A stretch of 64,000 bases of DNA from the sequence record OQ067374.1; one strand, 5' to 3'. Position 1 is the stretch's first letter. Each line of letters opens with the position of its first letter. Positions 43,122-52,666 of this stretch are shown piece by piece. This DNA comes from Escherichia phage a20. The translations under genes and the position numbers were made by a program. Below the pieces are notes generated by a model. It saw only the letters and a list, made by a program, of their open reading frames with translations. It had not been told where the DNA came from and ran no database searches.

Positions 43122-44222
43122 TTACGCTGTGAAGATTTTATCCCACATCGCAACAACTGCATCTCGGTTATACTTCTTCCATACTGCTTCAGCACGTTTA
43201 ACTCGAGCTTCGTATGTGTCAGTGAATTCTAATACAGCTTTTGTGTAAAGCGCAACTACTTCTTTCTTAGGAGTAGAGGAATCAATTTCTACACGCACAG
43301 TATCTGGGTCGTATTCGAATGTCGCATGAGGATAATCCTTAAAAACTAACTGGATTACAGGGACACCTTTAGAGATGGCTTCAATAGAACTATTCTCTAC
43401 CGTACCTGTGTCAGGACACGTATTAATAAGTGCTTTAGCCGTTTTAAGACGTTCCATGATTTCACTGTGTGGAGCATCAATAATAACAGGATATTTAGCT
43501 GGTGGTGCCCATTTACTAGGACAGTATCCTACACCATTTTCGCCTAGTGCTTTAATCGCTTCAAGAGCAACATCAGTACGACGCATTTTAGTGTCATAAC
43601 GTTGTGCACTAATAATCAGATCAGTCGCCGGAAGAACTTCAGGTTTCTCATTCAAACAAATAACCGGATAATCTTCGGCTTCAAACAACGGATTTGCTCG
43701 CCAATAATCATAATCGATTTTGTCAGTCAGACCTGAAGTCATATAACAATATTTGCGTTCAAATTCACGGAAGGCTTTAGTAGGAGCATAACTCTTACCG
43801 CCATTCTTATGAATTTGAATAGTCTGGTCCCAAATTTGAACAATGCCACGAGATACTGGTTCAAATGGTGTTGCCATAAAATTCTTATGAACTTTAGAGA
43901 GACCTGCGTCTTTAATTGCCTGAACGGTTAGTTTAGTCGGTTCCATAGTAACAACAAAATCGTATTCATGGATGCCGGCTAGTTCAACAATCTTACGAGC
44001 CATAGTATAACTCATACCTAGACTGAATTTAGTCAGATGACCAACAGGATGGTGTGTAACTTTCCAGTCACCAAACATGTCATTATCAAAGCCGATATAA
44101 TCAATATCGGCACCGATAGAAACTAAATATTTCAACACGTTCAAATGAACCGCTTCAAGACCACCTTGTACACGGTCAGGATTAAATGGGACTGCACGAG
44201 ATGGGATAAACATAACTTTCAT
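43122..44222 (-). CDS. putative GT-B fold glycosyltransferase
   Basis: 366 aa; N-terminal MKVMFI...GGLEAV and C-terminal GTVENSSIEAISKGVPVI resemble GT4-type donor-binding motifs; motif-level only. Confidence 0.5.
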   Translation of the reverse strand: MKVMFIPSRAVPFNPDRVQGGLEAVHLNVLKYLVSIGADIDYIGFDNDMFGDWKVTHHPVGHLTKFSLGMSYTMARKIVELAGIHEYDFVVTMEPTKLTVQAIKDAGLSKVHKNFMATPFEPVSRGIVQIWDQTIQIHKNGGKSYAPTKAFREFERKYCYMTSGLTDKIDYDYWRANPLFEAEDYPVICLNEKPEVLPATDLIISAQRYDTKMRRTDVALEAIKALGENGVGYCPSKWAPPAKYPVIIDAPHSEIMERLKTAKALINTCPDTGTVENSSIEAISKGVPVIQLVFKDYPHATFEYDPDTVRVEIDSSTPKKEVVALYTKAVLEFTDTYEARVKRAEAVWKKYNRDAVVAMWDKIFTA

Positions 44223-44250
44223 AATTAAGCCTTATTAAAATTAAAATGAA

Positions 44251-44266
44251 GCTCCCGAAGGAGCTT
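44251..44266 (-). other. UUCG-tetraloop hairpin between HNH gene and glycosyltransferase gene
   Basis: agctcccgaaggagct overlapping HNH stop codon. Confidence 0.45.
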
Positions 44267-45062
44267 AGGACATCCAACACATTTTATAACCTTTGCAGGT
44301 TCTGTTAGGATTATTTAATGCTTTCAATATATTAGAAGACCCTATATCTAAATACTCTCTTAATTCATAAAGATAGTTAAAATCAATAGTTTCACCTGTT
44401 TTTACACTTGTGATTCTTATAGGCCTTCTTTCATATTTAGATTTATACAACTCTCTAGTCTTAGCTTTAGTTTCTTCCGACCTAGGAGTGTATGGTTTAA
44501 ATCCTTTTGTTTTAAATGTTTCCATTCTTGATTTAGTTATTTTATCCTGGTGTTCTTTTGTTTTTACAGGTGCTTTTCGCCCATTCTCCCAAGATAACTT
44601 GTTGGCCTGTATTATTTTATCTATTGCTTCTTGCGTATGAGTTTTACCATAAAATGGATTTAATTCGCCTATACGTTGTGAAGCAATATGTGACATTAAT
44701 TCTCTTGTTGCTTTAGTATGTTTTTTACCTTTAAATGGGTTGCCGTTTTTAGCAATCCATTCTTTCATAAATCTAGAGTGCTCTTTAGAGAATTCTTGTT
44801 TAAGCCAATCATAATCTCTAGAATTTCTAGCTCCCATGTAAAAAGCTCTAATAGCCATAAGCATAGAACGGTTCTTATGAATTTTATAAAGCAATAAATG
44901 GGCGATAAAATGCTCTCTAGGGGTCATTTTAACTAGATTTGATTTATCATTACTCCCACCCATAGATTTTGGCAATATATGATGTGTCTCAGTATAATTA
45001 GGAATAATGCTGCGGTTTTTAGCCGCAGCGATAAGTTTATCATAAATTTTACGATAATTCAT
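44265..45062 (-). CDS. free-standing HNH homing endonuclease (MobA-like); start at ATG 45062
   Basis: HNH motif ETHHILPKSMGGSNDKSNLVKMTPREHFIAH with NUMOD-like repeats; ATG overlaps gene 39 stop. Confidence 0.7.
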   Translation of the reverse strand: MNYRKIYDKLIAAAKNRSIIPNYTETHHILPKSMGGSNDKSNLVKMTPREHFIAHLLLYKIHKNRSMLMAIRAFYMGARNSRDYDWLKQEFSKEHSRFMKEWIAKNGNPFKGKKHTKATRELMSHIASQRIGELNPFYGKTHTQEAIDKIIQANKLSWENGRKAPVKTKEHQDKITKSRMETFKTKGFKPYTPRSEETKAKTRELYKSKYERRPIRITSVKTGETIDFNYLYELREYLDIGSSNILKALNNPNRTCKGYKMCWMS

Positions 45063-46882
45063 TATCCTAGCATCCAATCTTTACGGAGTTCAGGGTCGTT
45101 ACCCATGAGCATTTCAAATAGTTCTTTCCAATTTTCAGGAAGTTTAACTACGTCGTACACAGGGTTTTGAATCATTTCTTTATATTCATCTCGCTGAAGT
45201 GAGCCCAATCCCTTGATGTATCGAATACTATGCTTAGGCAGTGTATCTTTAGCTTCTTCATACTCAGCTACAGTATAAAACCATTTTTGAGTTTTGCCAA
45301 TTTGTGCAATAATTACAGGCGTTTTAACAAAGCGAATACGTCCTTGTTCAAACAATTCAGGCCAATTACTAAAGAAAGCAAGCAAAGCTGGATAGATACT
45401 TCCAAGACCGTCATGATCGGCATCGGTCATAATTGCAATATTACGATAGTTCGTATTCTCTGCCTTTTCACCAAGAATAAGACCTGTGATAGCACAGATA
45501 TCAAAGAGCTCTTTGTTCTTCATCATATCAGCATATGACATACCCCAGCTATTCATCACCTTACCACGTAATGGGAATCCGCCGTGTAGTTCACGGTCAC
45601 GAACATCAATGAGATAACCAATTGCCGAATCACCTTCTGTTAAAAACAATGTCGTATCTGCATCTTTACCACATTGGTTAGCTTTAATATGCTTATGAAC
45701 CTTAGCTTTAGTTGCCTTTTTAGCTGCTTTAGTTTCTGCAGCCTTTTCTGCCGCCAATTTACGAGCTAATGCTGCTTCAACAATAGGCATAATCAAGGCT
45801 TCGTTTTTAAGAAGTGCCTGAGCAATTTTCTTAGCATCTAATTGGATATGATTACGAATATCACCATACGTTGACGTTAAACGTTCTTTAGTCTGAGAAT
45901 CAAAACGCATGTTGCTCATGTCTCTAATAAACATCAACATTGTGAGACATTCTTTAACACGAGCTTTAGTGACTTCAATACCCTTATATTTCTTTTTAAT
46001 ACCCGGCAAAAGATGTTCACAGATATCATCCATTACACATTCAACATGATGACCACCGTTTTTAGTATGGATGTTATTCACATAAGTTAAATGACGGAAG
46101 CCATCTGGTGATGTTGTGAATGCTATAGAGACTTTATCATTTTCTTGAATGATGTTATCTTCACCAAATTGTTTAGCAAATCGTTTAAAATTACCATCAA
46201 CCTTTTTACCATTAAATGTGAACTTGATATCAGGATAAACGACTGCCAATGTTTGAAGTCGGTCTAAAGTAATATCTAAATAAATTTGAGATAAATTATG
46301 CTCTTCAAATGAAGAGAAATCAGGAGTGAAGATTACTTTAGTGCCTTTACCTTTAGATTTCTTAGAAGACCATGATTTGTTTTCCATTCCGTTTGAACAG
46401 TTAACAGTGATTTCATTTTCGCCATCTGACGTGATGCCTGTAAACAACGTAGAGAAGATATTAGTTAAACTACTCCCGACGCCGTTCATACCACCAGTCT
46501 TGCGTTCAGAGTCATCACCAAAGTTACCACCAGCCTTTGGAATAGTCCAGGCTGCTACAGGCCCAGGAATTTGTTCACCTGTTTGGTCGGTAACTAAACC
46601 TTGAGGAATACCACGTCCGTTATCTTCCACCGAAACTTGATTATTTTTAATTTGCACATCAATTTTATTTGCAAACTTAAATGATGTACGAATAGCTTCA
46701 TCAACCGAGTTGTCAATAATCTCATCGATTAATTTAACCAGACCAGGAACATATTCAACTTGTTGATATTTACCAAACAAAAAACGCTCGTGTGCTTCTT
46801 TAGCCGAAGAACCAATATACATACCACTACGTTTCTTAATATGTTCTACATCTGACAATACCTTAATTTCATTTTTAATCAT
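45062..46882 (-). CDS. 39: DNA topoisomerase II large subunit, unsplit 39+60
   Basis: 606-aa continuous ORF with GyrB-like ATPase and Toprim regions. Confidence 0.88.
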   Translation of the reverse strand: MIKNEIKVLSDVEHIKKRSGMYIGSSAKEAHERFLFGKYQQVEYVPGLVKLIDEIIDNSVDEAIRTSFKFANKIDVQIKNNQVSVEDNGRGIPQGLVTDQTGEQIPGPVAAWTIPKAGGNFGDDSERKTGGMNGVGSSLTNIFSTLFTGITSDGENEITVNCSNGMENKSWSSKKSKGKGTKVIFTPDFSSFEEHNLSQIYLDITLDRLQTLAVVYPDIKFTFNGKKVDGNFKRFAKQFGEDNIIQENDKVSIAFTTSPDGFRHLTYVNNIHTKNGGHHVECVMDDICEHLLPGIKKKYKGIEVTKARVKECLTMLMFIRDMSNMRFDSQTKERLTSTYGDIRNHIQLDAKKIAQALLKNEALIMPIVEAALARKLAAEKAAETKAAKKATKAKVHKHIKANQCGKDADTTLFLTEGDSAIGYLIDVRDRELHGGFPLRGKVMNSWGMSYADMMKNKELFDICAITGLILGEKAENTNYRNIAIMTDADHDGLGSIYPALLAFFSNWPELFEQGRIRFVKTPVIIAQIGKTQKWFYTVAEYEEAKDTLPKHSIRYIKGLGSLQRDEYKEMIQNPVYDVVKLPENWKELFEMLMGNDPELRKDWMLG

Positions 46883-46904
46883 GTTGTCTCCTCGTTATGA
46901 AGGT

Positions 46905-46931
46905 ATTCTATCATCCGAAATCTAAAGCAAA
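46905..46931 (-). promoter_or_regulatory. putative middle promoter for gene 39
   Basis: minus strand TTTGCTTTA-N12-TAGAAT. Confidence 0.5.
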
Positions 46932-46933
46932 AA

Positions 46934-46945
46934 GGGCCGAAGCCC
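46934..46945 (-). terminator. hairpin with U-run after upstream gene
   Basis: gggccgaagccc followed by UUUUUG on minus RNA. Confidence 0.45.
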
Positions 46946-47368
46946 TTATTTAAATTTAATTTTCTGAAGTGCATCAATTGCAGCCAAACGCCCTTGTTCA
47001 CTTTTAACTGTAATGACCACATCGCCTGATACGATCACCGAACCATCAACAAATTCTATAGAGCCTTTTTTGAAATCGACAGCTGTATCTGGTTCCGGAA
47101 CTTCTTCAAAGAATTTAAATTCTGCACCATAAAGCAGAATATCACCTTGCATACTAATGATTGTACGTCCAGGTCCATCGGTTTCAGCGGCAATCATTGA
47201 AACACCATAACCAATCATCTCTTCTACAATAAAATCTCTTGATAATAAAACTGTATGCAGAGTAGTGTTAAGACGTTTACCAGTCGTATTAAGAATTCTC
47301 AAGAAATTATCTTCCTGTCCTTTGATAATACGATATTTCTTACCAACTTCAAAACCTTTAAAAGCCAT
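46946..47368 (-). CDS. hypothetical protein (position of T4 goF)
   Basis: 140-aa ORF immediately upstream of gene 39. Confidence 0.5.
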   Translation of the reverse strand: MAFKGFEVGKKYRIIKGQEDNFLRILNTTGKRLNTTLHTVLLSRDFIVEEMIGYGVSMIAAETDGPGRTIISMQGDILLYGAEFKFFEEVPEPDTAVDFKKGSIEFVDGSVIVSGDVVITVKSEQGRLAAIDALQKIKFK

Positions 47369-47370
47369 AA

Positions 47371-47550
47371 TTAACCCTTCTTAAGTAAGTCGTAAAAACC
47401 ACCGTTCACATGTTTAGGAGCAGAAACCCGACGAGTAGACAGACGATGACATTCAGGGCAAACATCGTTTTCTCGTTCAGAAATTCTTTTAATTTTTTCA
47501 TATTCATGACCACAATCTTCAGATTGACATTTATAGTCGTATAACGGCAT
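47371..47550 (-). CDS. small zinc-ribbon protein, 59 aa, missed by ORF track
   Basis: [17 protein letters not shown]...CPECH; two CxxC pairs; coupled to flanking genes. Confidence 0.5.
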   Translation of the reverse strand: MPLYDYKCQSEDCGHEYEKIKRISERENDVCPECHRLSTRRVSAPKHVNGGFYDLLKKG

Positions 47551-47963
47551 TATTGTTCCTTAAAGTGAGCTTTCAACATTTGATACAAAGACCATGCCTG
47601 GTCATTATTTTCGATAGTAATAGTCATCACAGGAAATTCAGACAATTCATCAAGTTCACCAGAATCTTGCTCTTCGGACGCTTGATACGGATTTCCAACT
47701 TCGTCAAAGAACTCTGCTTCATTCGTGGAGAGCCAGATAAAGTTTTCATCAAGGATATCACCGCCTGTTGCGTATCCAACCGTGCCAGTAGATGTCACAA
47801 TTTTAGTAGGACGACCAAGATGGTCAACATCTAATACTTTAAATGGTTCCATGCCAAGACGTCGTGCATAAATCCCATTATCAGTGTGGTCTTTAATAAA
47901 CTCTTCTTGGGCACGTTTATCTTTAAATTGGTACCATGAGTTAACGCGGAATTTATTAGCCAT
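47550..47963 (-). CDS. hypothetical protein; start at ATG 47963
   Basis: track ORF starts at TTG; ATG overlaps upstream stop. Confidence 0.5.
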   Translation of the reverse strand: MANKFRVNSWYQFKDKRAQEEFIKDHTDNGIYARRLGMEPFKVLDVDHLGRPTKIVTSTGTVGYATGGDILDENFIWLSTNEAEFFDEVGNPYQASEEQDSGELDELSEFPVMTITIENNDQAWSLYQMLKAHFKEQ

Positions 47964-48190
47964 TAGTAAGTTTCCTTCCAATAAGTTGTACCGTTTTCAG
48001 TGATTTCACGGAAGATACCATAGATAGGCATTTCATCGCCGAGTTTTTCGTAAACGTAAACCACTTCAGTGTAGCATAAAAATTCGGTCCAGTTTTTCTG
48101 TACAACAACTAAATCAGGATTAAACAGAACATCTTCAAACTCATCGATGTTTGAATCAGTAGTTACGTTTTTAATGATTTGACGTTTCAT
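47963..48190 (-). CDS. hypothetical protein; start moved to ATG 48190
   Basis: track start lies inside the upstream promoter; ATG 48190 has SD AAGAGGAGAA. Confidence 0.5.
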   Translation of the reverse strand: MKRQIIKNVTTDSNIDEFEDVLFNPDLVVVQKNWTEFLCYTEVVYVYEKLGDEMPIYGIFREITENGTTYWKETY

Positions 48191-48214
48191 AATATTCTCC
48201 TCTTGTTTTGATAG

Positions 48215-48250
48215 GTCTATAGTATCATAGACCATAGTTGTTGTACATCA
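48215..48250 (-). promoter_or_regulatory. early promoter, PeSL-like
   Basis: ATGTACAA-N17-TACTAT with inverted repeat GGTCTAT/ATAGACC. Confidence 0.55.
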
Positions 48251-48772
48251 TTTTAGCAAAATAAAATCAACTTGTTCTGCCAATGAACGTCTAAACATTA
48301 ATTGACAACTTCCGAGGATGAAATCAGGTGCTTCATAGACCGCGATGTAGTATCCTTTAGCTTTCAAGAGTTCAACATCCACCTGGTCATCAAACCATGC
48401 ATAAACCGCGTCAACACTTTCAAATCCAAAATAGAACCCTTGAGCCCAATCTTCACTCAATTCAAATGTGTGCTCAATTCTATAGTATCTTAAGATATTT
48501 TGTTCAAGGAGTTTGTCTTCATTTACTGTAGGACGATTAGGGACATTATAGTTGTCGCCGTGATGGTAGAAGTTACCTGAGAGTATTCCATGCTTATCAA
48601 GGAACTCCCATGTTTCTTCAGAGTTGTCGGTGCCCGACCAACCGTATGGCGAACGAGGTTCTTTATTCCAAGAGGTTTCCCAAATTCTGACGGCTTTACC
48701 GTCTTCGATAGCAATTCCCGGTAATGATTCACGTTGAGTACAAAAACTACGTTCTACGCGGTAAACTAACAT
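48248..48772 (-). CDS. hypothetical protein (motB region)
   Basis: 174-aa ORF with SD AGAGGAGAAT. Confidence 0.5.
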   Translation of the reverse strand: MLVYRVERSFCTQRESLPGIAIEDGKAVRIWETSWNKEPRSPYGWSGTDNSEETWEFLDKHGILSGNFYHHGDNYNVPNRPTVNEDKLLEQNILRYYRIEHTFELSEDWAQGFYFGFESVDAVYAWFDDQVDVELLKAKGYYIAVYEAPDFILGSCQLMFRRSLAEQVDFILLK

Positions 48773-48795
48773 ATTATTCTCCTCTGGTTGATATG

Positions 48796-48829
48796 GTTAT
48801 AATACCAAAACCAGAGGAGAAGTAAACAA
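48796..48829 (-). promoter_or_regulatory. early promoter, PeSL-like
   Basis: GTTTAC ... TATTATAAC with inverted repeat CCTCTGGTT/AACCAGAGG. Confidence 0.5.
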
Positions 48830-48831
48830 CT

Positions 48832-49251
48832 TTATGCGAAAGCAGCTGGGCTATATTTTTTAATTTGGAATTCAGGAACTACCATGAACTGTCCAGCGAA
48901 AACGATGTTATAAAGCTTAACACCATCTTCTACCCAACGGTCGCTAATAAATCCGGCGATTTGCTTAGTTTTCCACGGTGTTCCATCAGTTGCCGCAGCA
49001 ATAGTGAATTCATGGTCTTTTTCAACAGAAACTGATCTGCATAGTCCCCATTTGAACGCTTTTTCTTCTGGTTCAATGAATTGGCTTTTAACGTAACCAA
49101 TGTTACCATCAGCGTCACGAACTTTAACTTCATTACGTCCAAAAACCGGATCGCTCACAGAAAGAACTTCAACCAACTTCCCGGCAACTTTAGAGCGAGA
49201 AGCAACAGATACATATACGTAATCACCTGTAGAGAGATTTACAATATTCAT
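48832..49251 (-). CDS. paralogous family protein A
   Basis: 139 aa; shares N-terminal ASRSK-AG-LVEV and C-terminal DRWVEDGVKLYNIVFAG with the next two ORFs. Confidence 0.6.
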   Translation of the reverse strand: MNIVNLSTGDYVYVSVASRSKVAGKLVEVLSVSDPVFGRNEVKVRDADGNIGYVKSQFIEPEEKAFKWGLCRSVSVEKDHEFTIAAATDGTPWKTKQIAGFISDRWVEDGVKLYNIVFAGQFMVVPEFQIKKYSPAAFA

Positions 49252-49260
49252 AATAATTCC

Positions 49261-49734
49261 TTAAGCTTTACGAGGAGACACATAGCGAGTGATTTCAGAT
49301 TCTTTAACAACTCGGAAGTCACCTAAGAATACGATATTGTATAACTTTTCACCATCTTCAACCCATTGGTCACTAATGAAGCCACACATAGTATCAGTTT
49401 TGCTTGGATAACCGTATTCGTCGATGAAATCAAATTCTTTATCAGTCTGGAATTCAACACCTTTACACAAGGCCCATTTGAACTGTACATTAGGCTCTGT
49501 GGATTCAACTTTTTCTCTTGAAGCAAGAGCACCACTCACAGGAGTTTCCAAAAATTTAGGACTTACGTAAGCGTACTGAGTTTCAGTTTTTCCAGAACTA
49601 GGAATGATTCGAACTTTAACTTCTTTAACACGACCAGTACCATTAGTACGAAGTCCTACCACTTCAACTAGACGACCTGCAGCTTTAGAACGAGATGCAG
49701 ACGATACACGCTTAATTTCACCAATAGTAATCAT
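49261..49734 (-). CDS. paralogous family protein B
   Basis: 157 aa; C-terminal FISDQWVEDGEKLYNIVFLGDFRVV. Confidence 0.6.
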   Translation of the reverse strand: MITIGEIKRVSSASRSKAAGRLVEVVGLRTNGTGRVKEVKVRIIPSSGKTETQYAYVSPKFLETPVSGALASREKVESTEPNVQFKWALCKGVEFQTDKEFDFIDEYGYPSKTDTMCGFISDQWVEDGEKLYNIVFLGDFRVVKESEITRYVSPRKA

Positions 49735-49758
49735 AATTTCTCTCTTTGTTTAAATTGA

Positions 49759-49793
49759 ATTCACTATACTCCATCCATCCTTGGATGTACAAC
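49759..49793 (-). promoter_or_regulatory. early promoter, PeSL-like
   Basis: TTGTAC ... AGTATAGTG. Confidence 0.5.
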
Positions 49794-49794
49794 A

Positions 49795-50289
49795 TTAATT
49801 AAGGATATTAACCACAGCACTACGTGGAACTACACTAAAATCACCTGCATGAACAACGTTCAGAAGTTCAACACCATTTTCAATCCATTGGTCAGTTACC
49901 CATCCATTTACTGGACCGGCGAACGGTCGACGAATTGAAACATATTTACACAACAAATCAGTAGGCTCAATAGGCTTAATCAGAGTACCGTACATACAAG
50001 CGATATCCATATCAATACAGATGTCTTTAACGGGTTCTACTTCTTCAATCAACAGTTCAAAGTCGGTGCTTGGAAGGGCGGTAGTAGAAATTGTACCGTA
50101 TGAATTTTTAATTTCTAAGAATAACCAAGGGCCTTCAGCTTGTTTGATAAAGTTAACAATAGTGAAACTATTACCTTGAGTGGCACCTAAAATTTCACAA
50201 AACTTTTCATAAGCTCGCACTGAAGCACCGTACCAGTTGATTTGTTTTTCGTCTTTCAGGATGTAAGTAGCCGTAGTATTGATATTCAT
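49795..50289 (-). CDS. paralogous family protein C
   Basis: 164 aa; C-terminal WVTDQWIENGVELLNVVHAGDFSVV. Confidence 0.55.
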   Translation of the reverse strand: MNINTTATYILKDEKQINWYGASVRAYEKFCEILGATQGNSFTIVNFIKQAEGPWLFLEIKNSYGTISTTALPSTDFELLIEEVEPVKDICIDMDIACMYGTLIKPIEPTDLLCKYVSIRRPFAGPVNGWVTDQWIENGVELLNVVHAGDFSVVPRSAVVNILN

Positions 50290-50317
50290 AATGTTTTTCC
50301 TGTTTGGTTAAGATAGA

Positions 50318-50352
50318 AAGATTATACTCCAACCATCCTTGGTTGTAAACTG
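50318..50352 (-). promoter_or_regulatory. early promoter, PeSL-like
   Basis: GTTTAC ... AGTATAATC. Confidence 0.5.
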
Positions 50353-50355
50353 GTT

Positions 50356-51033
50356 TTATCGCTGTTTTACACTTAACGGGTCAGGATTCTCAGGGACATC
50401 TTCAAGGCCAAGCGCATAACGCTGAGCATATTTTAACATCAAAATATCTTTAGCACAATCATGAATACTATCATGGGCAACGAATCCTTTTAGCGTACCC
50501 ATCGGTAATGGACACATACTTAATCCTCGTGTCAAAGAGTAAGCTTCGATTGCCGTACGAATATCACGTTGAGCCCAGAATTTAACAGGTTCTAATTTAT
50601 CAGTATCAATATCTGGTTCAAGAACACCTTCATCACGATAGAGGTCACGAATCAAATCGACCAAGATCGGGAAGTCAAAGCTCATACCACGGCACCACAT
50701 CTGTGATTTCCATTGGTCAACTTTATTAGCTCGGCAATAGTCTAAAAAGATTTTAATGCCTTCAAGCGTAGTGACATCGTCTTCAGACGGAGCCAAGTTT
50801 TTACGCGCTTCAACCGATTGTTCTTTCCACCATTTCATAGTTGATTTAGCGAAAACTCGCTTCCCTTTCTGAGAAGCTAAATTAAATTTAATTCGCTTAC
50901 CTCGTTGAACAAGTTCTTCAAATGATTCAACAACTTCAGGGTCGGAATTATATGCAATAACCGCAAGGTCAATAACAGCCGCTTTTGATGTATTGCCGAA
51001 TGTTTCAAAGTCTATAATAACATCAGTGCTCAT
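50356..51033 (-). CDS. dexA: exonuclease A (DEDDh 3'-5')
   Basis: 225 aa; N-terminal DFETFG motif and position as T4 dexA. Confidence 0.85.
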   Translation of the reverse strand: MSTDVIIDFETFGNTSKAAVIDLAVIAYNSDPEVVESFEELVQRGKRIKFNLASQKGKRVFAKSTMKWWKEQSVEARKNLAPSEDDVTTLEGIKIFLDYCRANKVDQWKSQMWCRGMSFDFPILVDLIRDLYRDEGVLEPDIDTDKLEPVKFWAQRDIRTAIEAYSLTRGLSMCPLPMGTLKGFVAHDSIHDCAKDILMLKYAQRYALGLEDVPENPDPLSVKQR

Positions 51034-51042
51034 AATTTTCTC

Positions 51043-52356
51043 TCAAATAAAATGGACGTCAAAACGACCACGAGTCGTGCCGACATACAATAACTGTTTA
51101 GCTAATTCTGAATCAGCATAATGGATACACGGTGTATAAACAAAGGCCGTGTCAACAGACATACCCTGGGCCTTATGGAAGGTTGATACTGGTAGTGCCT
51201 TCACCTTAGTGAACATACGTTTAGCATCCCAGAATTCGCTCCATGGAGCTTTACCACCTTTATTCCAGAATTTGTATGTTTCTGCAGTCTTAGCCAAAAA
51301 CAAATTGAATTTATAAAGCTCTTCTTCAGAAGAAATAACCTTTATATCTTCGCGGATATATTCTTCATCATCCCCATATGTTTCTACTGTAAGATTCCAG
51401 TATCGTATCATATATTCGCCTGAAACACCACGTGCTTTAACGAATGTAGACGTTTCTACAGCATCTCGAATACGAACGAATTGCCCGTTATTGAAAAGCA
51501 TTTCGGTCATATTTTTACCATCTAGCTTATATGTCTTAGTAAATGGCTCTTGTAGAACAATGACTTCGTCTTTAATAAATGGTTTTTCTGTTTCAAGAAG
51601 TTTTCGGCGAATAATTGAATTTAACTTGTCCACCGACTTATTTGTGAATGCCATCATTCGATTTTCGAAAAGGTCTTCAGGAGTTTTAACGACGTTAAAA
51701 TAGTTCATCATATACGATTTAAGGTCTGTATATCCATGAACACCGTGTCCATCAACTACTTTATCGTAAATCCATTTGCCATTACGAATATCAGTCGCAA
51801 CATCAATAATTGGTGCATTGCTACGTTTAACTTCTGTAAGGTTGCATTGCACGAAGTCTTTGTGAGTGAAGAAAGGACTTAGATACGCAGTTGATTCGCC
51901 TGGGTCTACCGGACGAATCTGGCATCGGTCGCCGATTCCAATTACTGTACACCATTTAGGGATACTAGCTAACATTATTTTAAACAGAGAACGGTCACAC
52001 ATTGACGCTTCATCAAATAACAGTACACGGCACAAGGCTAAGTCGGGAACCTTTTTCTGTTCAAACAATACGTTTTCTTCGTATGTAGTTGGGTTGATTT
52101 TAAGAATGCTATGAATAGTCGATGCTTCTTGACCTGCAAGTTTGCTTAGAACCTTTTTAGCAGCATGTGTAGGGGCTGCTAAAATAATACCTGATTCTCC
52201 AGAAGAAATAAGGGCTTCAACGATGAATCTAGTAAGGGTTGTTTTACCTGTACCAGCAGGCCCATTAATAGTTACGTGATGTTTCTTTTCTTTAATAGCG
52301 TTCATAACAACGTTGAAGGCGTTTTTCTGGCCTTCAGTCAAATCATCAAATGTCAT
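51043..52356 (-). CDS. dda: Dda DNA helicase (SF1B)
   Basis: 437 aa; Walker A GPAGTGKTT; matches T4 Dda. Confidence 0.92.
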   Translation of the reverse strand: MTFDDLTEGQKNAFNVVMNAIKEKKHHVTINGPAGTGKTTLTRFIVEALISSGESGIILAAPTHAAKKVLSKLAGQEASTIHSILKINPTTYEENVLFEQKKVPDLALCRVLLFDEASMCDRSLFKIMLASIPKWCTVIGIGDRCQIRPVDPGESTAYLSPFFTHKDFVQCNLTEVKRSNAPIIDVATDIRNGKWIYDKVVDGHGVHGYTDLKSYMMNYFNVVKTPEDLFENRMMAFTNKSVDKLNSIIRRKLLETEKPFIKDEVIVLQEPFTKTYKLDGKNMTEMLFNNGQFVRIRDAVETSTFVKARGVSGEYMIRYWNLTVETYGDDEEYIREDIKVISSEEELYKFNLFLAKTAETYKFWNKGGKAPWSEFWDAKRMFTKVKALPVSTFHKAQGMSVDTAFVYTPCIHYADSELAKQLLYVGTTRGRFDVHFI

Positions 52357-52664
52357 CGTAAAGTCCCTGCAATTGGAATACTAACAATACGGCCTGTGTC
52401 CAGGATTCGTTGATACAATCTTTGCGTCTCCGCATCTAGTTTAACGTGTTTCATTTCAAGCTTATTAAACCAGAACTTACGCGGAGTTTCGACCATTCTT
52501 AGAACTCCCATTTTTAAATCTGTTTTATACTGTGTTTTCAAAGTATCGAAAACTTTATCTGCAATATCCTTTCTAAAAAATACTGCAGGACGATGCTCAT
52601 CAAGTGGAACCGGGACAGTAAATCCTTCCATATCTCGATAAACTATTGCATATACATAAACCAT
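52353..52664 (-). CDS. hypothetical protein (dda.1)
   Basis: 103-aa ORF overlapping dda start. Confidence 0.5.
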   Translation of the reverse strand: MVYVYAIVYRDMEGFTVPVPLDEHRPAVFFRKDIADKVFDTLKTQYKTDLKMGVLRMVETPRKFWFNKLEMKHVKLDAETQRLYQRILDTGRIVSIPIAGTLR

Positions 52665-52666
52665 AA

